Position numbers and translations under genes: made by a program. From Azolla caroliniana (Eukaryota; Plantae; Polypodiophyta): DNA of 64,000 nt. The notes under the pieces were generated by a model. The model had not been told where the DNA came from. It saw only the letters and a program-made list of their open reading frames with translations, and did not search any database. Location of the stretch: assembly GCA_043228905.1 (NCBI GenBank), contig JBHGNT010000011.1:6200001-6264000 (forward strand), written 5' to 3'. Numbering within the stretch: position 1 is the first letter of the stretch; the number at the start of each line of letters is the position of its first letter. Positions 51,801 through 64,000 of this stretch are shown here, piece by piece.

Positions 51801-52715
51801 GTTGGCTAACAGTCATGCAAAACACCCAGATACTTCTCATTGACAAACATTAGGATGCAATGGAACTACTTCGGGTTTGGACATGGAAAGGGAGAGCACG
51901 ATGGCGCGGGGGCTGTGATCAACCGTGCTCTTACATCGGAGTAGTTGGATAATAAAGGTGCTAAGCTACAAAATGCACATGATGTTGTGGAGTGGCTCAC
52001 ATGGAAGATGTCAAATGATGGTAAGAATAGATTGTTTATTGAGGTTCGTGCTAATGAGGTGGATAGGAGTAAATCATACGATTGTAAAACCGTGAAAGGG
52101 ACGCGCAAGACCCATTGTGTTTTAGGGTTTAGTCGCAAGGACACAACACAATTGTTATTCCGCAGTTTATCGTGCTTTTGTTCCATGTGTTTAGATGAAG
52201 CTTGGGATGAATGCACCAATCTATCAATTGTGGAGCTATGGAAGCTACAGAAGCTAGAGATAGAAGACAATGTGAATATCCAAGAAAATGAAAATTGTGA
52301 CAATATTGTCTACTACAACCAGTGTGAGGACTTGACAACATTATATGAAATTGGAGATCATTTTGCAATGCTCAAATCTCCTCAGAATGAAGATTTTGAA
52401 AACTACTATATTGTGGTGTGCAAGGAAGGAAATACAATATTGGAAGAAGTCGTGAGGGATGGTTGGGGCAACATGTTCAATGTTGGTGAGTCTGTCGTGT
52501 ATGGCAACTACTATGCAAAGTTGCCACAATGGAAGAACACATATGCATTGTTAAAAGATGCACGCACCGCAATTATCTATGCTGATGCCATTATCGCAAT
52601 CAAGTTCAAAATGACTCAAGCAAAGCACAAGGTTAAGGGATACAACACAGTCTACAAAGTCCCCAAAGGGGTACACGAACACATATTGGGGGAGGTCTCC
52701 CTCTTTAATGCCTAG
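48877..52715 (+). pseudogene. Spliced Sola2-like transposase (~820 aa; exons ~48877-49506, 49596-50545, 51830-52715; one TAG at 51942)
   Basis: GT-AG introns keep the frame (phase 0 and phase 2), branch-like GCTAAC at ~51805; Cys-rich N-part; catalytic D in IDFAENY, SDG and HDG. Confidence 0.85.
50580..51760. repeat. Degenerate tandem array rich in TAGTACTA and TAACTTAG in transposase intron 2
   Basis: About 19 AGTACT hexamers by hand count; higher-order duplications (e.g. ~50805-50990 vs ~51130-51320). Confidence 0.85.
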
Positions 52716-53155
52716 AATGGCAAGTGTTGTGTCTAATGTAACTTTTGCATGTATTCAAACTCTGACCTACAAGTGAAAGGAAATATATCAAAACCCGTTT
52801 TCATATTTATCTTGGGTTTTCTAACAATATTCCTCTTTGGTTTAGGTATGTATGTTTCTTTTACATGAAGTGTCTAGTGCTTGGAGCCTACGTTAGTATC
52901 AAAGTTAGGAGTTCATATGTATCAAAGTTAAGAGTTCCTATGTGTGCTTATAACTTTTTAGTAGTTCATATGTGTCATATGTGTGCCTATAACTCTTTAG
53001 GAGTTCATATGTATCAAAGTTAGTAGAATGCATATCAAGTTAATACTAAATCTGTGTTAAGAGTTTGCTAACGTAGACATATGTATCAAAGTAGTGTCAC
53101 TCATCACTCATCACTCATCACTCATCTTCTCACTGTCACATGTTTGCATAACAAG

Positions 53156-53730
53156 CATAGTTCTAGCCATACGTCCCATTCGTGTCATACTCAAACGCCA
53201 ATATTCGTATCATACTCATACGTGAAAAGGCTCCAAGTATGATTGAAATCCATACGCGGTACATAGATATATTATATATACATATGGTGTATATGGTGTA
53301 CATAGTATAGTGTGTGTGTGTGTGAGGGGGAGAGAGAGAGAGAGCGTGTGTGGTCTAGAGAGAGAAGCCCTGTTTTGCATGTGTGAGGAGACAGTGATTG
53401 AGTGTATATCTAGACTCTAGAGAGAGAGAGAGAGAGAGGAGCTATGGGTTTTGTCTGTGTGAGGGAGTATGTAATATGTATATTAGATATCTAGATTTTG
53501 TAGAGAGAGAAAATCTGTCAATTCTCGTGTGAGAGAGAGAGAGTGTGTGTGTGTATGTGTGTCAGATGTCACTTCTATTCACAAAATATTATGAATATCA
53601 AAAATTAAAAAAACCAAAAAAAAGTCAAAAAAAAAAAAAAGCCAAATGAATATCGCGTATCATACGCGTACGTTTGCAAACGTTCGCGTACGTCCAGTAA
53701 ATTGGACGTACGCGAATATTAGGAACTATG
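53156..53730. mobile_element. hAT-type MITE (575 bp)
   Basis: 8-bp TSD ATAACAAG at 53148-53155 and 53731-53738; TIR CATAGTTC(C)TA; uninterrupted paralogous site near 53905-53940. Confidence 0.9.
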
Positions 53731-54222
53731 ATAACAAGTAAACTAGAACAATGTCACGATGAGGGTAAACAATAACTTAACATTCCTATCAATTACACAC
53801 AACAACCTAGATACAATAAACTTATCGTTAGTACTAAAGTTGTGTTAAGAGTTTGCATCCGTAGACATATGTATCAAAGTTGTGACACTCATCACTCATC
53901 TTCTCACTGTCACATGTTCGCATAATAAGTAAACCAGAACAATGTCACGATGAGGGTAAACAATAACTTAACATTCCTATCAATTACAGACAACAACCTA
54001 GATACAATAAACTTATCGTTAGTACTAAAGCTGTGTCACCATGACATGTGTGCATAACAAGTAAATTAAAACTGTGTCAAGATGATGGTAATCAATGACT
54101 TAGCATTCCTATAAATTAAAACGGTGTCAAGATGATTTCCATCAATGACTTAGTAAATTAAAACTGTGTCAAGATTCGTTAATCAATTACATAAAACGAT
54201 CAATATACAATAAACTTTGGTT

Positions 54223-57200
54223 TTAGTTTTTTCTAGATCTTGTAATGCACCTATTTTTGGTTTCATTCTTGTTAGATTTCACACCCTTCTTCATCTTAAA
54301 ACCACGAGGTAGTAAACTACTTAGTGGAAACTCATCATCGGAGGGTGAAACCAAGCTGGAGGGAACAATGTGCTCTGTTGCAACTGCTTGAGATGCACAC
54401 ACTTCCAAGAAGATGTGGTCAATAGTCTTACGAGAAATCTCCTGGAGGTCATTGGACGTGTCATTCTTCAACTTTTCTGGCTCCACTACCACATTGTTAG
54501 GAGTACTAACATGTTCCTCATCTTGGGTAGTTTCCACTACCACATTATTAGGAGTACAAACATGTTCCTCTCCTTGGGTAGACACCACTACCACATTATT
54601 AGAGTGCTCCAAGTGCAAGCTACTTGCAGTATTTTGGACAGACACCTCATTCATAGTACCACACTCTCCTTCTTGGGTAGCTACAGGGGTCTCCTTAATG
54701 TTATATCCTTGCCCTACATTAAGGCTGCTTGTGGTGTTTTGGACACACACCTCATTCTCTCCTTGGGTCATTTCACATTCTCTGCAGACTCCATTGCAAA
54801 GTTGCTTGTCACCTCAGGCTTTTCACACTCCAACTCCTCTTTTTGACTGATCTCACATTCCTCATGTGTGTTAGCATCTGAGCCTGAATAATCAAGATTG
54901 CTCCATAAACTGCCTGAATCATCTAATGGTATTTGTGAATCTACATGCTCTTCTACTCCTAAATAACAATAAAGTGATCCAAGAACAATATCAATTCACA
55001 TTCTAAAAAAGTGAAGGCACCTAGCCAAATGATTAAGGTTAAGGGACAAATGTTTACCTACTGTTACATCGTCATTGTTGCTTGGGATGATCCCAGTTTC
55101 AACTTGGGGCTCTTCATCATACCCTATGTATTAATACACATGTACATTTTTGTCACGTGAAGTAATATTGTCACGCGAAGTAATATGCTACCAACATGTA
55201 CCTGGAAGTGAGATAAATTCTTCTTCATATTGTGGCTTTGAATTTGTAACTCCATTTTCATTACTCTTTTCTTCCTTGTCTAAAAACAAAAGTATGCAGT
55301 ATTAGTCTAACTCATCAAGATGACAACAGCCACAAGTTTGTGAGAATTTGTATTACCCACCACAACAATCAACTTTGCATTTTTTCCCCTTTTTGTACAA
55401 TTTCCTTGCAGCATTACGCTTCTTTGTAAGCTCTTTCATAGAAACATAATAAATTAGTAGTATACCAACATTTCAGAATTTAGAAAGGCAAACACAATTA
55501 GCATTACCATTCATAGAGTCAGGGCGTGCCAAGCTAGGAGATTTTGTTTCAAGAATCACATCTTCAATTGTTCCAATGGCCTTTCTCATACATTCATCTT
55601 CATCATAAACTTCATCAAGTACCACTAAGGAACAACCGTGGACTTTGGAATTTGCAGCAGACTCTGTACGTAGTAACGCGGGGGCTAGTTTGTCAATTAC
55701 CTTCCCTGGTGTGGTGTTGCTAGAAACTACAAGATTCATATTATAAGCATACATATTATAAGAGTACATATTATAACATGAGTCCAAAATAACAAATATA
55801 GTACTAATCCACTTGGACATGCATATTTCATTTGGATCCGAACAATGTTAGTACTAAAAAGCCAACACATTCATGTTTATTTGTTCGGTCATGCAAAGCC
55901 TAATTCAAGTGGACACAAAAAGTACAATGCAATAAGCAATGTTAGTACTAATACAAATTATACAACTAAACATTTAGGACCCTCCATAGCAAATATTCAA
56001 TATTGAATCAATTGATCATAAAGGAATACAATGTATTAAGTAATGTTAGTACTTAATCAACATCTTAGGAACTTAAAGGATTAGTACTAAGCCACCTAGA
56101 CACACATATTTCATCTGGTAATGAACAATGTTAGTACTAAAAAGCAAAGACCTTCATGCCTATTTGTTCAGTTAGTACTTAATCAACATCTTAGGATCTT
56201 AAAGGAATAGTACTGAACCATCTGGACATGCATATTTCTGATGGTAATGAGCAATGTTAGTATTAAACAACCAAGACCGACATGCCTTTTGGTTCGGTTA
56301 TTGAAAGCCTAAGTAAAGTGGACACAAAAAGTACAATGCAACTAACCAATGTTAGTACTAATACGAGTTATACAACTAAACATTTAAGACTCTCCGTACT
56401 AAATAATCAATATTGAATCAAATGATCACGAAGTAATACAATGGAATAAGTAATGTTAGTACTTAATCATGCAAAGCAACAATGCAATAAACAATGTTAA
56501 TACTAATACAAGTTATACAACTAAACATTTAAGACATTTAGTACTAAATAATTTGCACTAAATCGACTGATCATCCTGGATCCAACTGTAAGAACAGAAC
56601 CAAAAGTAAAATTATAAAATCATAGTATAAAAATTACATAATGCTTAATCACGTACCATAGGAGTGTACTTTTAAACCCCAAGCTAGGTACCATTCGGCT
56701 CCAACTGTACTTTTACAGTCCAAACATATATTTTCTTTCTCGAAATGGTACTTAGCACATAACAAATGATATGTGTGCAAGCATGGTGTAATGATAGCAT
56801 CCATACACTCAAGCTTGAATCCAAGGCCACAGAATAAACACCTTCAATAACGAGACACAACATACACTATATTAGTACCAATGATATTTTATACCATAGA
56901 AGGTCAAAAAGGAGAAATATAAACCATTACCATGTTATAGTAATGCTTCTATTTGTACTTTCCATGCAAGCGGGGTGCTCAACTACGTATGGACATAGAG
57001 TATCTAAACCTTTTTCTTTTAGACCCTTCATCAAACATGTTAGATTCTCTGAATGCAGCCTTAAGGCTGATAATTGCTCATCAATTTCATTACGAGAAGA
57101 CCGCCATGTCTCTAGATCTTTCTTCTATGCTTCTAGATGAGTGCCCATACTTGTGAGCTCCTTCTTCACTTCCTCTTTTAACACATCACTTTTAGAATTT

Positions 57201-57794
57201 TGGATTGTTGATGCAATCCATTCATATGTAATCAACCTAGATGTGAATTGTTTCTCTGCTACCATCTCACCAGATGAAACTTCTTCCAAATCGGCCAGCA
57301 ATGCTTGCAATTTTGTTTGCATGGAAGCTATACAGCACAACAATCACTCTTCATGTTTTTCTGTCAGTGTGGCTTTCTGTTTTGCAATTTGTTGAGTCAA
57401 CACACATGTCCGAGTTGGGATTTCAATATGAGAGGTACCCTCAGACTTCATGGTAGTGTTGGTACTTGAGGACCCTTTATAATGCGATGATCGATAATGA
57501 GCAAAATCTTCCCAATCAACTTCAATGCCACCATGGAGTTCACATGCAAATGCACGTGCAAAGACAAAGCCTACCTCATTGTTTCATATCATAAACTTGT
57601 TCATATCGTGAATTTAGTTCAGTGATATAATCCTTCTTCAATTGAATGAGGTGGAAACCTCTCCGTGAGTCGGGTTGTGATGAGCCCCAAGTTTGCTTCA
57701 TCCACATGTCTACGTCTTCATAAGTGTCAGGTCGTGCACGAAGGAAATAACCCCATCCCAATTTGAACCTCGAAAGATGTTTGTGTGAACCTTT
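54223..57794 (-). pseudogene. Sola2 second gene: multi-exon; N-terminal domain, coiled coil, RING-H2, acidic tail; 5' end cut by Copia C
   Basis: Exon 56841-56657 encodes CLFC-x15-CLH-x2-H-x2-C-x10-CLDC; introns 56842-56930 and 55727-56656 splice in frame; terminal exon includes ORF 54223-54771; stops and a frameshift present. Confidence 0.8.
55790..56560. repeat. TAGTACTA-rich degenerate tandem array in the RING gene intron
   Basis: About 11 AGTACT by hand count in repeated AATGTTAGTACTAA units. Confidence 0.85.
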
Positions 57795-59839
57795 TGTTAG
57801 GAAACAGGTCCCTCCGGATGGGAAGTGAGAAGAACCAGATGACGAGTACCCGGCAACGGAAGACCCGGTGAGAACCGGATGTGGAGTACCCGGCAACGGA
57901 AGACCTGGTGAGAACCAGATGTGGAGTACCCGGCAAGGAAGACCCGATGAGAACTGCATGTTGCAGGCTCGGTGAGAACCTCTCATCGGATGGAAGGGAC
58001 ATATATGTAAATATGTTCTAGAGAGCCCACTGGGGCTATATTTGTAAATAGCCCGAAAGTCATATTAGTATAAATATGACCTAGGGCAAACTTAATAGTT
58101 ATGATGTAGAGCATAGCTTAGGAAACTGTATTCCTATCAAATTGGTATCAGAGCGAAACGACACAAAAAAATGGACGATTCATTGGGAGGCATGTTCAAG
58201 CTCACCGGCTCCAACTATTCAGTGTGGAAGTCGAAGATGAGGGACATGCTCGTGGTTAAAGATCTTTGGTTGCCGGTTCAGTTCGAGGACAAGAGACCGG
58301 ACAAAATCAATATGGGAGGTGATGCACATGAAGACAACGGCGTACATACGGTGCTTCATCGACATGAATCTATACAACAACTTCAATGAAGAGAGCAAGG
58401 CTCATGAGCTCTGGGAGAAGATCGGCATTATGTTTCAGAACAAAAATGTTGTTAATTAGGTTTCGGTATTTCGGAAGCTAGTAAGACTCCGGTACCAAGA
58501 TGGCTCCAGCATGGCGGAGCACATGAATGCCTTCCAGGGGCTGATACACCAGGAAACATCATTGGAAGTACCTCTCGCCGATGAGGTACTAGCACTACTC
58601 CTGCTTGGTTCCCTCCCAGATAGCTGGGAGACGTTGGTTGTCACTTTGGGCAACGCCGGGCCGAAAGGGAAACAGTTATCCCTAGCAAGAGTGAAATCGA
58701 GCTTGCTAGATGAAGAGGCGCGTCGGAAAGACAAGGATACGAACTCCGACTCCAAAGCGCTCATTACCGAATCGGAACGCGTAAGACAAAGGAACTGTAG
58801 TCCCCAGAACCGGGAGAAGTCGGGGACACGGTCAAAGTCAAGGGGGAGGCCTACCTGGTTCTATTGCGGCAAGCCGCAACACTTTTAGAAGAGCTGTCGG
58901 CACTTCCGAAAAGACAAGGAAACCGATGGTACCAATTCGAAGCAAACACCGGATCGGAACGGTAAAGACCGGAGGAGACCGGAGGACCAGAAGGGAACGA
59001 CGGCAATCGCGGCAAGTGAAGAAGAGTTGATGCTCATCACTGAGGAAAGTGAGTTGAACCTTGTCGGAAACGAGACAACATGGGTTGATTCCGGAGCGTC
59101 GTTCCACCTTACCCCGGACCGGAAATACTTCTCATCCTACACAGTTGGTGATCATGGTTGTGTCCGGATGGGGAATGAAGGCTTGTCGGAAACGAGACAA
59201 CATGGGTTGTTGATTCCGGAGCGTCGTTCCACCTTACCCCGGACCGGAAATACTTCTCATCCTACACAGTTGGTGATCATGGCTGTGTCCGGATGGGGAA
59301 TGAAGGTACATGCCGAATTGTCGGCATAGGAGACGTGTGGTTGACAACACCAACTAGATGCAAGCTGTTGTTGAAGGATGTCCGACACGTTCCAGAGGTT
59401 CGATTGAACCTGATATCAGCTGGTCGACAAGATGATGAAGGCTACACGGGTAGCATCCAGAACGGAGTAATGAAATTCAGCAAAGGGAGCCTAATAGTGG
59501 CTCGGGCCCGGAAGATTAACACGTTGTACCTGATGAATGCCCGGTTATGCCCGGAAGAAGTGAACGTGGCTTTCGACACTGCCGGTGAGCTGTGGCACAA
59601 GAGATTGTGTCACATGAGTGTGAAGGGGATGAAGAGGCTTGCCGATGACAACCTCATTCCGGTGAAGAACGTGCATCTTGAGAGGTGCACCGACTGCCTA
59701 GCCGGTAAGCAAAACCAGACCTCCTTCCGATCGAGGCCACTGATGAGACGTAATGCACCACTGGAGTTGGTGCATACTGATGTGTGTCAAGTGGACACGA
59801 AGTCATATGCTGGATCGCAGTACTTCGTGACGTTCATAG
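57795..59839 (+). mobile_element. Copia C (Tnt1/Tork-like), 5' part, interrupted in integrase by Copia D
   Basis: LTR 57795-58139 with ~33-bp tandem repeats, PBS TGGTATCAGAGC at 58143, gag from 58171, ~120-bp tandem duplication ~59060-59303, breaks at YFVTFI. Confidence 0.9.
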
Positions 59840-60180
59840 TGTTGGGATTACGGTCCCTCCGGATGGGATGGTCAGATGTCCGGGAACTGGATGATGAAGA
59901 CCCCGGTTCCGGAACCGGATGATGAAGACCCCGGCTACGGAGCCGGATGATGAAGACCCCGGCTACGGAGCCGGATGACGAAGACCCCGGCTACGGAACC
60001 GGATGACGAATGTACCCGGAGAGAGATCCGGATGCGGGGACATATTTGTGAATATGTTCGCCAAGGGCCCTTGAGGCTATATTTGTAAATAGCCCGAAAG
60101 TCATATGTGTATAAATATGACTTAGGGCAAACAGTTTAGTAGTTGTTGCTTATTTTTGTCTGTTTACGAAGTGAGAACAG

Positions 60181-60227
<47 letters not shown>

Positions 60228-63200
60228 GAAGAGGTCGTTGCCTCTGTGTATTACCGCCGCCTGTGGCGAAGACAGTGAGCTCAAGGTTGTTGCCTTGTAG
60301 CTTCACCATTGTACACCTCTGTTTATAGTGATAGTTGGAGTTCGAGGACTCCCGTGGTTTTTCCCATTTAGGGTTTTCCACGTAAAACATCCTGTGTACT
60401 CTTCTCTCTATTGTCCTCGTGCATCCTGGTATTTCCTGTTTTCTGTGAATTTATCCTATTCCTCGGTGGTGGCCGAGCACTGTGTTCAACAAAGTGGTAT
60501 TAGAGCAACGGTAACACAGAAAATGGAAGGCGGCGGTAGTGGGCCTCCGGGCATGATGGTGTTGAACTCACAGAACTACGCCGACTGGAAGATAAAGATG
60601 GAAGACCTTCTCATCGTCCGAGACCTGTATGAACCGATCGACAATGCTGAGATACCCAAGGGGGTAATAGAGTCGGAGTGGAAGCTCCTGAACCGGAAAG
60701 CCGTAGCGACGATCCGGCAATATGTCGATGTAAGTGTTCTGCAACATGTGGCGAACGATATGAACGCCTATGAGATGTGGCAGAAGCTGTCCGGACTGTA
60801 TGAGAGGAAGAATGCTCTGACCCGGACCTCCCTGATGAGGAAGATAGTGAATCTTAAGTACCGGGACGGCGAGAGCATGGTCGAACATGTCAGCACGTTC
60901 ATGGGATTTGTGAACCAGCTTGCGGCGATCAAGTTCCCGTTGGATGACGCAATGCAAGCCATCATGCTGATGTGTACCCTTCCGGAGAGCTGGGAGAACT
61001 TGGTAGTTACTCTCAGCACCTCCTGTAAGGAAGAGAACTTGTCTTTACTAACGGTAAAGACAAGTATTCTAAATGAAGAAGCGCGTCGGAGAGATAAAGA
61101 ACCGGCCTCCGACTCGAAGGCGCTGCTTACCGAATCGGAACGGGGAAGACAACGGAACCGGAGTCCGCAAAGACGGGAGAAGTCGGGGACACAGTCGCAG
61201 TCGAGGGGAAGACCTACATGCTTCTACTGTGGGAAGCCGGGGCACTTCCAGAAGAACTGTCGGCATTTCCGGAAAAACAACGGAACCGACGGTACCGATT
61301 CGAAGAAGTCACCGGAGCGAAACGGTGCATACCGAGGAGCCACGGACCGGAGAGGTCCGGATCGGTGAGGGCAGGACCAGAAAGGAACGACGGCACTCGC
61401 GGCAAGTGAAGAAGAGATAATGCTCATTACCGAAGAAAGGGAGCTGAACCTTGCCGGTGAAGAGATGACCTGGGTGGTCGATTCCGGAGCGTCGTTCCAC
61501 CTGACCCCGGAGAAGAAATACTTCTCATCCTACACAGCCGGTGAGCATGGCTGTGTTCGGATGGGAAATGAAGGTACGTGCCGGATTGCCGGCATAGGAG
61601 ACGTGTGGTTGACAACCTCGACCGGATGCAAAATGTTGCTGAAGGATGTCTGACACGTTCCGGAGGTTCGATTGAACCTGATTTCGGCCGGGAGGCTAGA
61701 CGATGAAGGCTACACAGGTAGCATCCGGAACGGCGTAATGAAGTTCAGCAAGGGGAGCCTGATAGTGGCTCGGGCCCGGAATGTCAACACACTGTACCTT
61801 ATGAATGCCTGGTTGTGTCCGGAAGAGTTGAACGTGGCAGCCGACACTGCCGGTGAGTTGTGGCACAAGAGACTGTGCCACATGAGTGAGAAGGGGATGA
61901 AGAGGCTTGCAGAGGACAACCTTATTCCAGTGAAGCATGTGCACCTGGAGAAGTGCACCGATTGCCTGGCCGGTAAACAGAACCGAACCTCCTTCCACTC
62001 AAGGCCACCGACGAGACGTAGCGCACCATTGGAGTTGGTGCACACTGATGTGTGTCAGGTAGAAACGAAGTCACATGGCGGAGCCCAGTACTTCGTGACA
62101 TTCATTGATGACCATAGCCGGAAGCTGTGGACGGCACCGTTGAAGACAAAGGACCAAGTGTTGTGCGTCTTCAAAGAACTCCACGCGAGAGTGGAAAGGG
62201 AATCCGGCAAGAAGCTGAAAGCGATACGAGCGGATAACGGAGGGGAATACCGGGGGCAGTTCAAGGAGTATTGTCGCTCGAAGGGAATCCGGCTCGAGTT
62301 TACTGTGCCGAAGACGCCGGAACTGAACGGGCTGGCCGAGAGGATGAACCAGACCATAATGGAGAGGGTCCGGAGTATGCTAGCACATGCGAAATTACCC
62401 AAGGGATTTTGGGCTGAGGCCATGTCGACGGCGACATATGTGATAAATAGATCACCCTCAGTACCTTTGGACGGAGACACGCCACAAAGAGTGTGGACCG
62501 GTAAGGAAGTGTCCTACCGGCATCTGAAGGTGTTTGGGTGTCTCGCATACGTGCATGTGGCAAAGGACCGGAGAGGAAAGTTAGATCCAAAGACCCGGCC
62601 ATGCATATTCCTCGGTTACGGCGACGACGAGTTCGGCTACCGAGTATGGGACCCGGTCGACAAGAAGATATTCAGGAGTCGAGATATCATCTTCATGGAG
62701 GACAAGACACTCGCCGACTGGGAGTCGGAGAAGAAGATGAAGAGCTCCAAGTCGACCGGTGAGGATCAACTCTACGAAGAGCAGTCCCGACCGGCAAGGG
62801 ACCGGTTAGCACTCGAGGATCCGGCTGAAGACGGTGAAGAAACAGAACCGACCGAGGAAGATGAAACTGATACCGGAACCGGCCCCGACCCCGAAATGGA
62901 TTCGGATGAAGAGGAAACGGAGGAGCCGGTTACCGAAGCTCCGGAACGGAGATATCCTCTAAGAGAGAGAAGGGCCCCCCGGAGATTTCCGGAACCAGAG
63001 CACGTGCTGCTAACCGACGAGGGGGAGCCGGAGAGTTTTGAAGAAGCAAAGCTTGACAACCATAGCCGCAGGTGGTTAAGTGCCATGCAGGAGGAGATGA
63101 ATTCCCTGCATGAGAACCACACATATGAACTTGTGGAGTTGCCGAAAGGTAAGCGGGCACTTCGAAACAAGTGGGTGTTCAAGCTGAAACTGGGAGATGC

Positions 63201-64000
63201 CGGAAACCCCCCGAGATACAAAGCCAGAATCGTGGTGAAGGGGTTCCAGCAGAAGAAGGGCGTCGACTTCGACGAGATATTTGCCCCGGTAGTGAAGATG
63301 ACCTCCATCCGGACGGTGCTGAGCATAGCGGCAAGCATGGACCTCGAGGTAGAACAGATGGACGTGAAGACGGCATTCCTTCACGGTGACCTCGAAGAAG
63401 AGATCTACATGCAGCAACTGGAAGGATTCGAGAAGAAAGGGAAGGAGCACCTGGTATGCCGGTTGAAGAAGAGCCTTTACGGACTGAAGCAGGCTCCCCG
63501 GCAATGGTACCGGAAGTTCGACTCTTTCATGACCGACGAAGGGTACCACAAAACGCAGTCCGATCACTGTGTGTTTGTGAAGAAGTTCGAAGGAGGAGAC
63601 TCTCTAATACTCCTCCTGTACGTGGACGACATGTTGATCGTCGGACGGGACCAGGTCAAGATACGGATGCTGAAGAAAGCACTTCACCGAACCTTCTCAA
63701 TGAAGGACCTTGGTCCGGCGAGGCAAATACTAGGGATGCACATCATCCGGGACCGGAAGAAGAAGCAGTTGTGGCTGTCACAGGAGAAGTACGTGACAAA
63801 GGTGCTTCACCGGTTCAACATGTCGGAAGCAAGACCGGTCGGGTCAACCCTCTCGGCAAACTGCAAGTTGTCCAGCAAGCAAAGCCCCAAGACAAAGGCT
63901 GAGAAGGAGGACATGATGAAAGTACCATATGCCTCTGCCGTCGGAAGCTTGATGTACGCAATGGTGTGTACAAGACCGGACATAGGATATGCAGTCGGAG
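59840..64000 (+). mobile_element. Copia D (Tnt1/Tork-like), continues past the window end
   Basis: LTR 59840-60491 with ~29-bp tandem repeats and (GA)n; PBS TGGTATTAGAGC at 60495. Confidence 0.92.
60523..64000 (+). pseudogene. Copia D polyprotein with two TGA stops (61366, 61651)
   Basis: MEGGGSGPPG..., CFYCGKPGHFQKNC, WVVDSGAS, FIDD, ADNGGEY, LYVDDM, YAMVCTRPD. Confidence 0.9.

Larger units (their letters stand above)
47899..57794 (+). mobile_element. Sola2-type DDD DNA transposon (right end beyond the window)
   Basis: Sharp break of Copia F RNase H at GGGGTCGAAG (GRG-type terminus); transposase motifs DFAENY, WSDGAASQFK, GHGKGEHDG. Confidence 0.72.

Noticed and set aside
60328-60522. N-terminal extension of the Copia D gag ORF
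   Set aside because: It runs through LTR U5 and the PBS; the likely start is ATG 60523.

Overview
Eukaryotic, almost certainly land-plant (probably non-seed plant) heterochromatin built entirely of nested transposons; no host gene is recognisable. Left block: an Athila/Phygy-like Ty3/Gypsy (G1, 1-21363, minus) sits in a Tnt1-like Copia (B) and carries a ~1000-codon extra ORF, split by a rearranged chromovirus (G2, 2049-13679, TSD CGTTG, TG..TA LTRs, 100-N gap). Middle block: a minus-strand Copia (A) holds two tRNA-Trp-primed Gypsy elements (G3, G4). Right block: Copia E > Copia F > a Sola2-type DNA transposon > a hAT MITE and Copia C > Copia D. Best candidates for something new: (1) G1 has a sense copy of a tRNA-Arg 3' end where the polypurine tract should be, suggesting tRNA priming of both strands; (2) the Sola2 element carries a second spliced gene with a RING-H2 finger plus dense intronic TAGTACTA arrays, resembling the VANDAL/VANC anti-silencing layout; (3) G3 and G4 share a GGATTTT-TAG -1 frameshift after the protease and ACGT-type target sites; (4) CCGG is strongly enriched in several unrelated TE families. 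All calls are from manual reading; family and tRNA assignments rest on remembered motifs, not database searches.
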